Assembly: GCF_964204645.1 (NCBI RefSeq)
Contig: NC_134031.1
Span: 18,793,910-18,857,909 of the forward strand
Direction of reading: 5' to 3'
Origin: Tubulanus polymorphus
Taxonomy: Eukaryota; Animalia; Nemertea
DNA: 64,000 nt
Shown here: positions 36,760 to 50,776 of the stretch, piece after piece
Layout of the letters: each line of letters begins with the position of its first letter
Numbering within the stretch: the first letter of the stretch is position 1
Program-made: the position numbers and the translations under genes
Notes under the pieces: model-generated
What the model saw: only the letters and a program-made list of their open reading frames with translations
Database searches by the model: none
What the model was told of the DNA's origin: nothing

Positions 36760-39254
36760 GAGATTTCAATGATTCGTTATTTTTTTTATAAACAAAATTG
36801 GCTGCAAAGGGGTAAAAATTGGGGAGCTCTTATTTGGACTATCAGCGGCTGACAAAAGGCGACTGATTTATAATTTCCCGGCTAAATGATCACCTAACGA
36901 AATACCTCGGTAATTCATCACCTCTGATCGCTGACACGAGACTATTGTCTATCATAGACAACCGTTTATAGCGGGTTCATAATTTCCGGCAACTGACAAG
37001 AACAAATATGGCGCGACCGAGACTACCTCCACACGTCCACAACATCGCGCGGTGAAAATAATGAATTTACCACCTGCGTTATGTATTAATAGCTCATTAG
37101 TTAGGCTATATTATATAACCTCGTGGTGGCTGGACGTCGCTATCGCCTCGGGGGCGTGTGTTCGAAGAGATAAGATGTTTGCGAGCGCGCAGTCACTGAT
37201 ACCGGTCACCCAGCAGTTCTCCGCGACCTCAGAGGAAGAATGTTCCCGTGTTATTCAAAAAACTTAAAACTATAAACTTAGTCCGTTCCGATTCATTACG
37301 GACCAAGCGTTCACACTATAGTTAAAAGTTGGTCCGTTTACACTATGCGCGTGTGTTTCCGAATGCAAATTTTTCTTGTCGGCACTTTTTTCTTAACGAA
37401 ACGAACCAATTGCACTCAGGAATATATGACCGAATGCACGAAATGTATAAGTTTCTTTCCAGCGAAATTGACTTATTGTGTTACGTATCTAAAAAAAATT
37501 TAGAGCAAATTAATTCGACGTCGACGATGAAGACAATCTTTTACTTTCACCGCGAGAACGACGCCGGATTATCTTTCAATTAAATTCCTGCATCTCGTGC
37601 ACGCCATATAACACAGTCACTGCGAGCTCTTACAAGGTTTCTTAGATATTTTACCCCAAAGCTCTGATCGCCCTGTACTGCATCGTATAGACACAACGCG
37701 GACTGCTCCGGTAAGAGGATTAACCGCGCTGTGTGCGTGTGTGTTTACAATGAGAGAAATTGTCGACATTATTCCGACGGTAAATTCAGCGATGTTCAAC
37801 TGACAAACATCGCAGTCGAGTGACGGTTAAAGTTTAAATCCTCGTTTCGGTTAAAGTTGTCGAGAAGTTTTTCTTTTCGTCTCGAGCGCCAGCCGATCGA
37901 TCGATAAGCTTTAGACGGCGACGTAGAAAATCGGTCTCGAATTCTTTGTCCGTCTGAACCGAGAAATGACACTGGGGAGAAAACAGATACTTAAAAGAAC
38001 GGACAGAACGAGATGAAACGGTTTTCTAATGTAAGAACTAATATGGCAGATAAAGTACTGCCACTCCGAGGGGGGTGTAGGGATGCTGCAGTGTCTAAAC
38101 AACTGTGGCCGCAACCTTTGCCGTGCTAGTCAAGCCTAAGGTACACCGTGAACCCCTTTGTGTCTGTTCTGTTTAGGGAATTTCTGTCAAAGCTCTGGGG
38201 AAGTAAGGCGGGCACGGTCATTAGCCCCATGTAATCAAAAATTTTACTAACTAGCAATAATGATGCACCATCCAGGGCTAACACGTGACGTGTGTCATAG
38301 TTCATTTGTCAAACAGCACTAAAGACTTGCTGTACAAAGAATAATCTGGACCCAATTGAATATTTCCTGAGTTAAGATTTGACTTTAGAGTTAACTTATT
38401 ACGTTTATTATTCATTATTATTGTATTATCACTCGAACCTCATCTGAGGGATTTACATAAAACTTCACGGATCTCTCGTATTGTGTTTGTCCATCAATAC
38501 GTATTCTCGAAAAAAAAAAACATTAGTGGGCTTCGATGGCCGTCTCGACATTTAAATTCATTCGACGAGGAATCAATCGCCGCCATTCTCTGAGTGTCCC
38601 TTCCCTCTCTGAACAGTCATCAAAATAGAACATATGATTTGGTGTTTGAGAATTTGTCGTCAGTAATTCACTGGCAGCGCACTGCTATTATATGGTTTCA
38701 GCTGTCCATTAAGCTGTTAATGATATTAATCAATGTTGAGGATATCGAGTCGAAGTTTCACCGCGCGTCGAGTAAGAGGATCAAACCTCTATTATTATAT
38801 CCATCACGGCTTAATTCCGTCATCAGACCCGTGTTTTGTGAACGGTTGTTTTACCATATATACGCGACATATATTCGTTTACCCGAGAGAGGATTTTTTT
38901 TGTCGTCGATGACAGGAATAAATATGGTTTCTATTTACACAATGAATCTTCACCCAGCGGCTAACGGCACAATACACGATAAACTGCTTTTAAGGACGAA
39001 CCTATAGCTCGCTAGTCAAATGGTCTTTCAAAAGAAGCTTTTCGCAGAAATTTTGAGATCTTGATAAAATCTTCTAGCTCGTCCTCAGATTACTACAAGG
39101 TACTTAGGGTGCTCAGGCCGCTCAAAAGGTGGCAGCACTATCTAATGCAATCTCGTTAATGACGAGTTTCATAACGTTAACAAAACAACGGAAATTACAT
39201 GACTATAAACAGGTATCACTTTCGCTAATAACTGCATGTACAACCATCTCAACC

Positions 39255-39297
39255 ACACCGCACACCGCATACCGCGCACCGCACACCGCGCACCGCA
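39255..39297. repeat. (CACCG)n-like short repeat
   Basis: CACCGCACACCGCATACCGCGCACCGCACACCGCGCACCGC. Confidence 0.8.
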
Positions 39298-40216
39298 GTA
39301 TCTCAATCACTCAGATTGAAATCTGACTCCGTGGAGTGAATGAAATATATACTCTGTTTATGATCTCGATAACAGACACAATCTGGAGGTAGAATATTTG
39401 CGGGTCAGCGTGGGCGAGTTCTTCTTCCATTATTACTCGTTAGCCGTATAACAATCTCCACACAACCCAGAAAGTAATGATTCCTTCTCCTAAGGTCGAC
39501 GACGAATCTTGTTCTGATTTTTTAAACAATTTCCTGAGCTCTGATGGATTAGTCTTCCAAGGTAACCGAATACTGAATCGTGTGCATTTCCTCTGCCACT
39601 CGAAATAGGGTTGCTTTTTTCAACACAACGCAACGACCTTAAACATTATCAAGGTCAATATCATGTGATATTGCTCAGTGTACAGTGTTCGGTGGTAAGT
39701 TTACAGTGTTCGTTATTTCCGTGGCTGGCCTTGCATGTGGCATATTCGTCCCGGGGATGTATTTAATCAAACGCATAAACGGACACAAGCTCACAGTTCG
39801 GTCGCAGCCGAGAGAGAAGCTGTCCTCTGATCGATTGGCAGCGCCGACGCTAATCAACTCAATGATATATCTGCGGTATGGTCAAAGTTCATCACCGGAC
39901 CACGAGAATGATAGGGATTCGACGACTGTTGACGTATTCGAGGTCTTTTCAGTCCTCCTAACGGATCGAACTTCTTGGAAATGTTATATAAAGTCGCGCT
40001 TGTAATAAAGACGTGTTTAACATGCAGTGTTGAAGGAACCTCAGCGGCACTGACATCCAATCTGCTATAATCAGATCTTAAGTCACTATTGATATATTTC
40101 GAATTATTGCAGATTCCATTCTCTGATTCATATGGCCGGCCGTTTAATTAAACCCCAAAGGTTTATCTCTCGGGAGAATGGAGCGAGGATTTATTTTCTT
40201 ATCTAGTTTGACACTT

Positions 40217-40650
40217 AGCCACTCAGCGAGCCAGCAAACCAGCCGCCAAGCAGCCAGGTTAAGCCAGTCAGCCAGCAGCTGCTCAGCGAGCCAGCAAACT
40301 AGCCGCCAAGCCGCCAGCCTTAAACTAGCCAGTCAGCCAGCCGCTCGGCAAGTCAGCAAGCAGATTGGCTAGTCAACCATCCAGCCAGCCAGCTCATTAG
40401 TCAGCCAGCCACTCGGCCCAAGTCAGCTATCCACCCGCTCACCGGTCAACTAGTCAACCAGCCAGTAAGTTAGCTACTCTGATAATTAGCTATCCAAGAG
40501 TCAACCAGCTAACTAGACAGTCGCCAAGCCGCTCGGTCAGTCAGCGGGCCCAGCAATCCAGCCATCAGCCATCGAACCAGTAGCAGCCAGCGAGTAACCA
40601 GTCAGTCAACCAGCCCGCCGTCATCAGTAACCAACCAGTAAACCAGCCGA
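40217..40650. repeat. Degenerate (CAGC/CAGT/CAAC)n tetranucleotide tract
   Basis: Low-complexity CCAG/TCAG periodicity with an internal ~60-bp duplication at its start. Confidence 0.85.
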
Positions 40651-42093
40651 TGCATACAGGATACAATATGATACGATTGTTTAGTGATTATTTTTTACGG
40701 CGGCTTCGCGGCGCAGTCGTCGTGTCACATCCGGTAAAATGATTAGCGCGAAAGGATTAATCAAAAGTAAAACCGCCCCACCCATGTTTACGACAATCCT
40801 GTTATAAATCACAGTGTGTAACTAACTATCTGTTTCAGCCGTGACTGAGACACAACTATTCACTCGTCTCCCGGGCCCAATAAACCATCCACCGTGTCAT
40901 CAACCTTCACATAATCGTTCACGTTTGTCATCGACGCTCTGTTTATAGCGATTAAAAAGCCGCAGTTCGGCACGATTCGACGTCGTTTGATTTGTGTGTG
41001 GTCGCGTGTCGATTCGGTCGCGTGAGGATAGTGAAAGTAGGGTGATCCTCACCGCGCAGGCAACCCCTCGGATATCGAAACTACCTCTGGAACACTCGAC
41101 TCCGCTGAAGATCATGATAGCAGCAGTTCCCCTCACATCACCGAATCCACATTCCACGAGAACGGTGAGGATTGGTCGGGTGAGCAGAAAAATCCTCACC
41201 CTGACTACAGTGGTCCGCTTTTCCCAGAAGCTCATCATAGCTCTCCGAATTGCGACGACTTTTTTTCAAAAGTGGCGATCGTTCATTTCGTTAAACGGGT
41301 GATCTAACAACAAACTCATTTCACAATTTCTTTAAAATGTCTCCTCGTCGAGGAATGGAATATTCTTACCTTTACTTGTAATCAACCAAAAACCTTGTAC
41401 GAGTCAATTTTACAGCTTGGCTTTAACAGACAGCAATCGAACAGTGACAATATCCCCTCCGGTAAATTACTGTATTATATTCCAATATCTGTAATGATAC
41501 AATAAACAAAATATACAGTACATAATGTACAACGTCAAAACGTAGTGAAAAATGCCTTTGAGTTCAAAACCAGTAGAATATATTACCACACCCAATAATA
41601 TACACAAGCATGTTGACACGATATGTAACTGAAAGTAATCTGTTTTATCATACAGGTCTTAACGACATCAAGAACCAAAATAGTCAGCATTAATATTCTA
41701 TATTTAGATCCAGTTGGTCATTATGGGGTATGAATGCGAGAGTGTGCGATTCTGGGCCTTTAAGGTTTTAAGTTATTTTTCGAACTTCAATTTGTCAACG
41801 TTTTATTTCACGATATTTCTTTCAACTTCCTCCCGTAGATCCGTTCATTAACAAAATATATACGTATAGATATAAAGATCTCGACTGAAAGTGTTGAGTA
41901 ATACTTTAGACTGGTTCAGTAACCTGCAGTACGCTAGTTCATTTAACGGTTCAGTCGACAGGCGAAGGGTGGGGGAGGAGGAAGGAAAAGGAGAAAAGAT
42001 GAGTGGGGAAGGAGAAAGTGGAACAGGAGAGAGGAGGAGAGATGATAGGAATCAATAATGGAATATAGGAAAGATAATCATTATTTAAGACAG

Positions 42094-42183
42094 GATACAG
42101 TTCCACGGCATTGAGTTAAGTTGAGTTGAGATTAATTCATTCTCATGGAGGAAAGTCTTAATTCGGAACAGTAGAATTGGGTC
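42094..42183. mobile_element. MITE family A, degenerate, 90 bp, 3-bp TSD CAG
   Basis: CAG|GATACAGTTCCACGGCATTGAGTTAAG...CTTAATTCGGAACAGTAGAATTGGGTC|CAG. Confidence 0.7.
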
Positions 42184-44219
42184 CAGATAAAAAATGATGG
42201 CTTTACAACTAACATAAACCACGGAGACATCGAATATCATCAGATCCATCGCACGAAAACAACGGTATTCATGAAGTCAACTCGCTGTAACTATACGAGG
42301 ACTAGGGGAGATTACTAGTATATCACAGAAAACGTAATCCTACTGGACACATGTGTAATAAACACGCACAACAAGAGACATACCTTCCCTTTACTTATCA
42401 TCCAAAGATGAGGAACTTTATATCTCAAACAAACACCTTTTGTTACCAAAACAACAAATTATTATTTGTTACGGAACAGTTTGACCGTCACACGCGCTGT
42501 CCACGATTCAATATCAGTAATGACGATTAATTTGTCTTAATTCGCTTTAAATCCAACGAACTACGACTGATACAACCGCTCCCACGACGCGACTGTTTCA
42601 ATGACATAACAAAATGACGTTATCATTTATTATCGATAAAACGATTTGACGTATTTGAAACTTCAAAGACTTCGCAAATGACGTCGTTCGTAAAAACGGA
42701 AATATTGTTTCGCCCGCGTCAAACATGCTCGAATTTCCTGCAGTCAATATCGCTACCATAAATAGACGAATTCCGGGCTAAAAATAGGCGCAAACCAGCG
42801 TCGAAATATAGTTCCAACTCCATAAATAGCAACACCGCTCGGAGTAGCGTAAACATGGCGACGTCATCGCCGTTCTCGACCAATCAGACGTCGAGAATAC
42901 GGCGGCTATTTTCGGAAATCGTCTGGAGTTTAGGATACGGAATTATTTTTAGATTTTTTTGACCGCGGGAAAGAAACCGAAAAATCGACGACGATAAAAA
43001 CCAGGAAATATTCAGAATTGGGATCAATTCAAATGCTCTCGAATTAATAAAACACACATTCAAATGTTGAATGATTCCACAACCGAACACTCATCTGCCA
43101 ACATTTCATCTCTTAAGGCATAGAACACTGTGATATTAGATTCGATATCATATTAGTATTTATATGAAATAAGACTGAAACTAATTATTACGAATGATAT
43201 TCAATTGACGAGTGACAGAAATATAGGAAACATAGAATCGGAATCACTGATATGAATCTAACGGTTTTGAAAGTAAGCTGAATATCATCGTCAGAGAAAC
43301 AGTTTATAATCGTTCAGCATCTTCTACGCTGAGTTTATAAACAAAGCCAATTTAAATCTTCGATTGAAATTCTCTACTAAAATGAGACATAAACTGAGGT
43401 TATTACTGGTGTGATAGTAAATAGAGATGAGTTTTACAGGTCGGCTCCTGTAGGAGTCAGTCGGGTGATTCTCTCTAAGACTCTCCACTCGACTCTGATT
43501 TTCCGGTGAACTGAACATCAGAACTAATTCCCTGTAAGAATAGTCTGTTTAGAGCTGAGTGTTATAATTAACACCTTGATTAAAACCTACCCGGAGTCAA
43601 CTACCTGGAAATGAAGTGATCGCAATCCCCAGAGAAAGAGGGTGGAGACGAGATGAGGGGAGGGACTGAGGGGACGAGAGGGTTGGAAACGAGAGGCAGA
43701 GATGACTGGAATGAAAGAAGTATAGGGAGCCGATAGGGAAAGTAAAGATGAGTGGAGAAAAGGATAAAGATGAAGTTAGTAGAGAGAAAATGAGACAATT
43801 TAAGAGGAAGAGTTGAGGGCAGTTTTATTGAAAAATGAGGGAGAAAGAGGGGCTGTGAGGGGGATGAGAGTTAATGGGGTATTGAGTAGAAGAAGGGATG
43901 AAGCTGTATTCAACCATATAGATTTAATTAATTCAATTCTCTGTATATATCGGGTTTATTGTATGCGCTGTGAATATCAGTAATTATTATAGTTGAGGTA
44001 ATTAATTAACAGCAAGATGTGAGAACGGAGGTAAACGATGAAGATTCAGTATATCAGATATATAAGGCTAATCAGTGAAGACTTAGATCCTCAAAGGAAT
44101 TGAGCGGCAGCGACGAAAGTTTTAATTAAGCTTTAATTATAACTGTTAAAGTGACGACGACGCAAACTGCGAGTGAGTCATCATCAGGTGAACGCTGACT
44201 GCTTCTTCATAGAACAGTT

Positions 44220-44340
44220 ATATCTACCGCACCCCGGCCACACCCCGGGGGACTCGAACAGGTATCTCTACCCTACCCCCTACCACACCCCGGGGCCCGG
44301 ACAGGTATCTCTACCCTTCCTACCCAACCCTGGGTCCCCA
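44220..44340. repeat. ~43-bp imperfect C-rich tandem repeat (3 copies)
   Basis: ACAGGTATCTCTACCCT..CC..CCACACCCCGGGG repeated. Confidence 0.75.
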
Positions 44341-44604
44341 ATCGATTTCAAACCATATTCATATCTATGAAAGCTTGGCTTCACTTTCCACAAAAAATGA
44401 TAGATTTATTAATTGGGCATTAATTTAACAAGCACCTGTCAACTCCAAAATTCTTGAATCGAAGTCAAAAATAAATTGTATTTTACGGTGTGGTTGACCA
44501 CGGACTTCTATATCTAAAGCCGGCCTATATAGCGATAGTCCAGGACGGCCGGGCTGACCGGTGGATTACCGATGCGAGCTCGACTGGAAATTATGAACGC
44601 GCCT

Positions 44605-44645
44605 TGACGTCATTCAGTGAACGGGGAACTCCTCCGTTGACGTCA
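44605..44645. promoter_or_regulatory. Two full CRE palindromes 33 bp apart
   Basis: TGACGTCA at 44605 and 44638 within an imperfect direct duplication (TTGACGTCATT...ACGGG.AAC). Confidence 0.35.
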
Positions 44646-46331
44646 TTTATTTAGACGGGAAACCACGTATATATCCAGAGGGAACCATCGATATTGTAAC
44701 GCGTTGATTTAACGTGGGTCTCATATCAATTGTGTCGCTATTTTCGTCATGGTTTTTCGTAGTTCTCTGCGGTTCATCGTAACAGTGAATTACATACAGA
44801 AACTGGACATTGATTTGCATCATAAGGACCTGGTGGGAAGTCTAGACAGAGAATAGAATCGCTAGGCCGCAATTTTTTCTCGAGAACAAAATCCTACGAA
44901 GTTCGAATCAAAATCAACGCCAACCAACGAAGTTTTCACGCCGATTTTTCCGTTTCGAATTACGAGAATCTAATCCGCGTAAAAACAACAGAAACAACGA
45001 AGACAGACAGAAAAACAAATCTTTAGACGGATTTGTTTAAAACACACGAATCAAAAATACGAAGATGTACGAAAATCTGACTCAACCACTGAACGGGGGT
45101 GAGATTTTACAAGTGGGAAAAGGCACCACTTCATTCTACAACTTAACTTAATAGATTCTCAGCGAGTAGTCATCATTCAGATTACACAAATCCTATAGAC
45201 TACAAAGATTCGCGCGCGCCAAGAGTTCCCATACCCCATCGACGCACCTGTGATATTTATCGGCAAAATGATGACTCAATTATTTGATGATAAGACTTGT
45301 GTTTTTTTCTGCCCAGTCATCCAGATGTTTTCAGCCCAATCCTGCTGGTTCTATGAACATAAGGCGGATAAACTTATATCGCTAATCTGTGTTGAGTACT
45401 ACCTCAGCCGCGAACAACATCTAAACACGAATAAGATGTCATGTTTTACTGAATTTCTGACACCAGAAACACGAATAAATATTACTTTGAAAAAAACGTG
45501 TCCGCGTTAATTCACGGCAAATAGTTTCTATACCTCTGCGTGTGACTATCATTCTTAAACATAACATCCTATCATTCTTAAAAAAACGTTTTAGACTAGT
45601 GTAAAGATGTGAAATCACTTTTTGACAGGTCATGACTATGCAACTCTGGCAACACCTTTTTAAATGTACTTTAAGACATATCTAAATCATTGAAATTCTC
45701 TGATCACGAGCAACAGGGTCTTAGACTCAACACACCATTGTATCAAAAGTTATCATAAATTCTCTGACCTTATCAAAACGGATTTGCAGACGGTTTTTTT
45801 TTTTTACTCGCAGTAGCGACGCTCGCTAAAAGCCACCATTGTCGTCACCGGAATCAAAAGCTCGTATTTTTCTTTACGAATTCACGCAACACGCTTCAGT
45901 ATTCTAACAGGAATGTATCCACGCAGTTTGTACATTAAACTCACCTCCGGCGACTCTATTTTCCATCCCACGACGACGATGATGTTTTCCGTGTTATTAA
46001 AACCAATATGCCGGCAGCGTGGGTTTATATCTTACTGCTTTAATATCTAAATTGCTCGTCGCTAAAAATCAGCGTATATTTTTTCTGTTTACAAGGGAAC
46101 GCGCGAATTCTTAATCTTTAGAATGGAGGCATCGGTTTTTCCTTTCCTCGAGGACCGGTTTTCTCTACTTTCTCTACCGTTTGATCACCGTAATTGAAAA
46201 TGCGAAGCCGAAAAGGTTTGAAAAGCCAAACTAAACTGAAGTCAGCGAGGAGTAATAGTACCGGGGAATCAGAAAATATCTAAAAATACATACGTATTTG
46301 AATTTCAAAGCAAAATTTGTTCTCGAGATCG

Positions 46332-46499
46332 AAGTTGATATTTGAGATTTTTAAGACATATTTTGGCCTCTTCGGTCTACATCGGTATCACCCTCCTACC
46401 ATGTTTGTTATATAAGTTGATATTTGAGATTCTGAAGACTTCGGCCTCTTACAGGCTTACGATACGTCGATCTACGTCGGTATCATCGTCCTACCATGC
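46332..46499. repeat. Local tandem duplication (2 diverged copies)
   Basis: AAGTTGATATTTGAGATT...GGCCTCTT...TCGGTATCA...CCTACCATG occurs twice. Confidence 0.8.
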
Positions 46500-47270
46500 T
46501 AGTCGAAGGAAATTATGGAAGAACAGTTCATAATCCATCTATAGAATTCTATCCCTAAAACTGTCAGGGAAAACCCGTCGATTGATGCTTTTAGATGTAT
46601 CTTAAAACACTTTGAGGCGTAATTATCTTCTTATCTTATCGATTTTCGGTAGATTATGTCTATTCTGTGTGAAGTGCAGTGAATTGTGTATAAGAAAATG
46701 AAATACACGCGATAAAATCATCGTCATTATCATTTTTATTAGATTTGAAGAACTCGGTGAACTGCGGGCTAGTCTGGGAGATTGAGAGTACGCAGAACTG
46801 TCGCCCTAATTCCCAGAAGATGAACGGTAAAACATGGATCTATGAGATTACTCGTTAGCGGTCTGAGATAATCCGTTATAAACTACATCTAACGGTAATT
46901 ATTATTCATTCTCTCTGTATATTACTCGATATTCTCGAGATCTCTCGGGAGATTATCGCTCTAAGTCACTGTGTTATTTCTGATGCGCAGTTACACACGT
47001 ACTTATGATCAGGTATATAGATTAATGCGCTGCTGAGATCTCTTAAAGAACAATCGAAAATACCTATCATTTTTGTAAATGTTAAAGATCACGGAGCTTG
47101 TCTTCATCTTGTTCGATATATTCGAGTCTTTCGCAGTTTCAATGATCGCTGTTTATTTCCGTTTTTCGATATCTAGAACATTCGTCGTTTATTCAAGGTT
47201 TTCCTCTTGATGGTTTCTAGAGGATTTTCAGCGAATATCGAGATACATAGGCATAACGTCTATTCTCCGA

Positions 47271-47400
47271 GGCTAGTCGCACAGTCGTGACTTAAGTCCA
47301 AAAGTAGCCTCAAATATTAAGAATGGTCTTCTTGTTCGATTTGCTACAGAATTAATTAAGATAATCATTAGACTGATCTTGAATCTAAGACTGACTGTTT
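47271..47400 (+). mobile_element. MITE family B, degenerate
   Basis: GGCTAGTCGCACAGTCGTGACTTAAGTCCAAAAGT...TTAAGAATGGTCTT...TTAGACTGATCTTGAATCTAAG. Confidence 0.6.
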
Positions 47401-48569
47401 GTTAAGTACACGGAGCTCAAAATCACCAACTACCGGCGGGATTCGAACCCATAATCCTGGCATTAAGCCGCTGCAGGGGTAGAGCGTCCTAGGATCGCAA
47501 ACACCACCTATATTCTGACCCTAGAATCTGTCGATCATCTGCTTTTCAAGTTCGAAAAGTCAAAGGAAACTCAGTAATTCAGTCTGAAAGTCTATACCGT
47601 GTTGGCGCTGTTGTTGAGAATAGACGGCACTAATTAACTGAACGTATAGTGTCATGTTGTACACGGGCAACGAATACATCAAACGATTCCATACACAAAC
47701 ATACACCTCATTAAAACACGCAACACTCTTTGTATCGACGTTTCATTTGTTGCAGAGTTTATACATATATAAGTATTTACAGAAGTAACCTGGCCGGCGA
47801 AAAGCTTAGATTCGACTGTTAACAACTAGCCTTCCCTTCTCGCCCCTCTCGGTAGAGATTCGAACCTGATGGTATCGTGAGGCTCTCCAGCGGTGCGAAC
47901 CCCGACCCTCAATAGCCCGCGTAATTTGCATATAGTTTGCATCGATTCGAAAACAATCTGCCGAGAAAGGAGGCTCTTTTCTCTAAAATCAAGTTCATCT
48001 TACAATTTCGTCATTTTTCGTATTTCCAATATTATAGGGATCGATTTGCGTCAGGTTTTGTTACTAGGTGTCGCTTGCTTACGGCAATAAACGTGACTCA
48101 TCGTGATTCGCCGCAGGTCCCTGAATCCGTACACTCGGTTATATCGAACTAAAAATAATACGCATTATAAAAGCTATTTATACGCACTTCTCGTTGTTTG
48201 ATAATTGTCGAAATCGACGAAATAATTTTCATCTTTGATTTGTTGTTATATACTTTGCAGGCATTCATCAGTAGTCAGTTCGTGTATGTATAACTTAAGG
48301 GCTTTTACAACTGTACAATCTCAGTCGATACCACCCCGCCTAAAGTTTCAATCTTATTTTATAGATTTTGTGAAGTTTTCTAATAGAAAAAAGTTGAAAA
48401 TTGGAACTTTCTTTATGCGACGCGGAATGAAGATCGATCTAATAAACTTTCGGTGGTTATAGAAGAGTTTCATTGGTTTTTGCCTCGTTAAACATATCTG
48501 GACTAGTTATCGATCGTTTCTTGATAAATACCATGAGCTATTTACCGAAAACAATGTTATCAAATCAGC

Positions 48570-48712
48570 ACAAGTTTCGAACTGGATCCAGAATCAAATT
48601 AAACCCACACAACTCTGGAAACTGGGTCCTGAGTCAAAGTAAATCAACACAACTCTGGAACTGGATCCATCATCAAATTATACTACATATATACACTGGA
48701 GTTAGAGTCAAA
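48570..48712 (-). repeat. 39-bp family array (~3.5 copies)
   Basis: Reverse-complement units AGAATCAAATTAAACCCACACAACTCTGGAACTGGATCC. Confidence 0.8.
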
Positions 48713-49346
48713 TACTGTTACGAACACAATGTCTAGTTGCAAACTTGCCTCAGATACTTAAACCAACAGCTACAAATTCTAGAGAGATGTACAGATAGAT
48801 AGAAACGGATGGAGATATGTAAGATATAGAGTGGATAAAGTGAAATATCGGATTAAACATGTAGCATTGAGGAATAATGTCCAATATTCAATAAATGACG
48901 AGTAACAGAATGTCAGTCGTGTTGCATCCTCTCCGATCGTCACAGATCTGTATCGCGCGCTCTCTCTCTCTCTCGGTCGCCGTACGCGGTATCGAACTTT
49001 AAACATCGATTTTGAAGTAACGCCGGTGATTCCTCATCGGAAAACTAGAATACCGATTGATTTTAATGATTTCCTCGCTACTCGAGAACGGAACGCGTAT
49101 TAAAGCGGCAAATCGAAATGTATTATTTCATCGCTATGTTTCTATATTACTTTTCCTCTGCACGGAATACTCAACGCACACGTGACATTTCCACCAATAA
49201 TAGTTAAATTACTCGTAAACACGAATAACTTATTCGACTGAAATGCTTCAGTGGCGATCTGTTGATTTCCTCAAAATGTAATAAATGAGAGTAGGGCACG
49301 ACTGTAACCTTGTCAAATACCGATATTCAAATATATGAAATCTATA

Positions 49347-49406
49347 CACTGTGGAACTAGGTCCACAGTTAAATCAAACCCACACAACACGGCGGAACTG
49401 GATCCC
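49347..49406 (-). repeat. 39-bp family (~1.5 copies)
   Basis: CTGTGGAACTAGGTCCACAGTTAAATCAAACCCACACAACACGGCGGAACTGGATCC. Confidence 0.75.
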
Positions 49407-50539
49407 GAATCATATTTTTATTCAAACCACCTTTAAATCTAAAACTCCAAAACTTATTTTCAAATCGCTGTAGAAGATAGACGAAATTAGATATATACCG
49501 AGGCATTCGCATTCGCAGCTTGAAGAAGAATAACAGAAACACATTCCTCTGCAACATAGTATCAAATAGACACGCTCTTTGGTCTTACAAGGGTTAAAGT
49601 CAACGTTTTGAAAGTGCGTGTATATACTGTGTATGTAACGAAAGTGATATTTAAAGGACAATTCCCGGGTGGTTGAAGTTTGCTGTTGCTTTGATAAAAG
49701 CGAACGCGATTTTCGGACAGGTTTCGTGCAAATGATGGATGCCAAATTTACAGAAAAACGCTACAGCTTCAGTCGTGCGTGGCTTCAATTTCATTGTTGA
49801 AATTTCATAGCCGTCGGAGCCTGACGTTTCGAGCTGACTTCGAGCTCGAGTTATTTTGTAAGGAGTTGGTCTCAGTGGAGTAGTGGAATTCATACTGATA
49901 AAACAGTTTTCTGATTTATTTCAGGGTACGTAGTTTCTACAGTTGAGAGTTTTGAGATAAACCCATTCGACAAAAAGTAAACATTCAAACATTTCTTACA
50001 ACCGAGCGTCAAATGAAGCAGTAGGCTACAATTCCTTCAAACGGTCAAATATTTGAATCCAATTAAATTCAAAGCTTATTCAGTATGAAACAAGTATGAA
50101 TATCTTGAGTGACAGTATTGCCATATAAAAGATCACGAACCCAGTTCCACAGTAGTGATATTTGACCGAAATGAACTATAATTTCTATTCAAGAGTCAAA
50201 ATTAACCGATTGTTAACCTAGGATCTGTTCCACATATGGGAGTTCAATCTTTTAATCCTAGAGTCATATTTCAGCTAGTAGAAGTTTGGAGCCTGTCGGA
50301 TCCTGTGAAGGAGTTTTCTTCGTATTTTGTTTGCGTTGAAATGATGTTTTCAGCGCGATGGTTTTGTTTCTATGATTGCACGGCGCCGGAGCATATTGTC
50401 TACGGTTGGTTATTATATGAGATTAGTTATTGATGAAGTTACAACTCGTCGTCTGTTTCAATGAACATCTCGTTTTTGATGATCATCGATCGATTTTCTT
50501 GTAATCAAGAAATAATTAGCTATTACTTTCACTGCGAGA

Positions 50540-50660
50540 GCTGCGCGCGGCGATGGCAGCGTGGCGCTATCCGCCATCACAAATAATTCATAGCAGGCGG
50601 CCGTGACGTCATCCGCTCTCTGCTCAATAGGCCTTCCTGATTGGCTAATTACGGTGATGA
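50540..50660. promoter_or_regulatory. CpG-rich promoter/enhancer-like patch with CRE and CCAAT box
   Basis: TGACGTCA at 50604-50611 and GATTGGCT at 50639-50646 in a locally GC-rich context. Confidence 0.35.
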
Positions 50661-50776
50661 CCACCTGTTGACTCGATGCAGTGTTCCCGGTTAGTTATAG
50701 CTAAAACACGGAGTAAAGTTACGCAGTAATCTGGGAATGATAAACCGGTCTCTATTCATGTATATGTATCGATTGT

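Noticed and set aside
45614-45643. Complementarity to miR-153 (ATCACTTTT...TGACTATGCAA)
   Set aside because: No pre-miRNA hairpin, the match is interrupted, and TCATGACTATGCAACT is explained as a MITE family B terminus.
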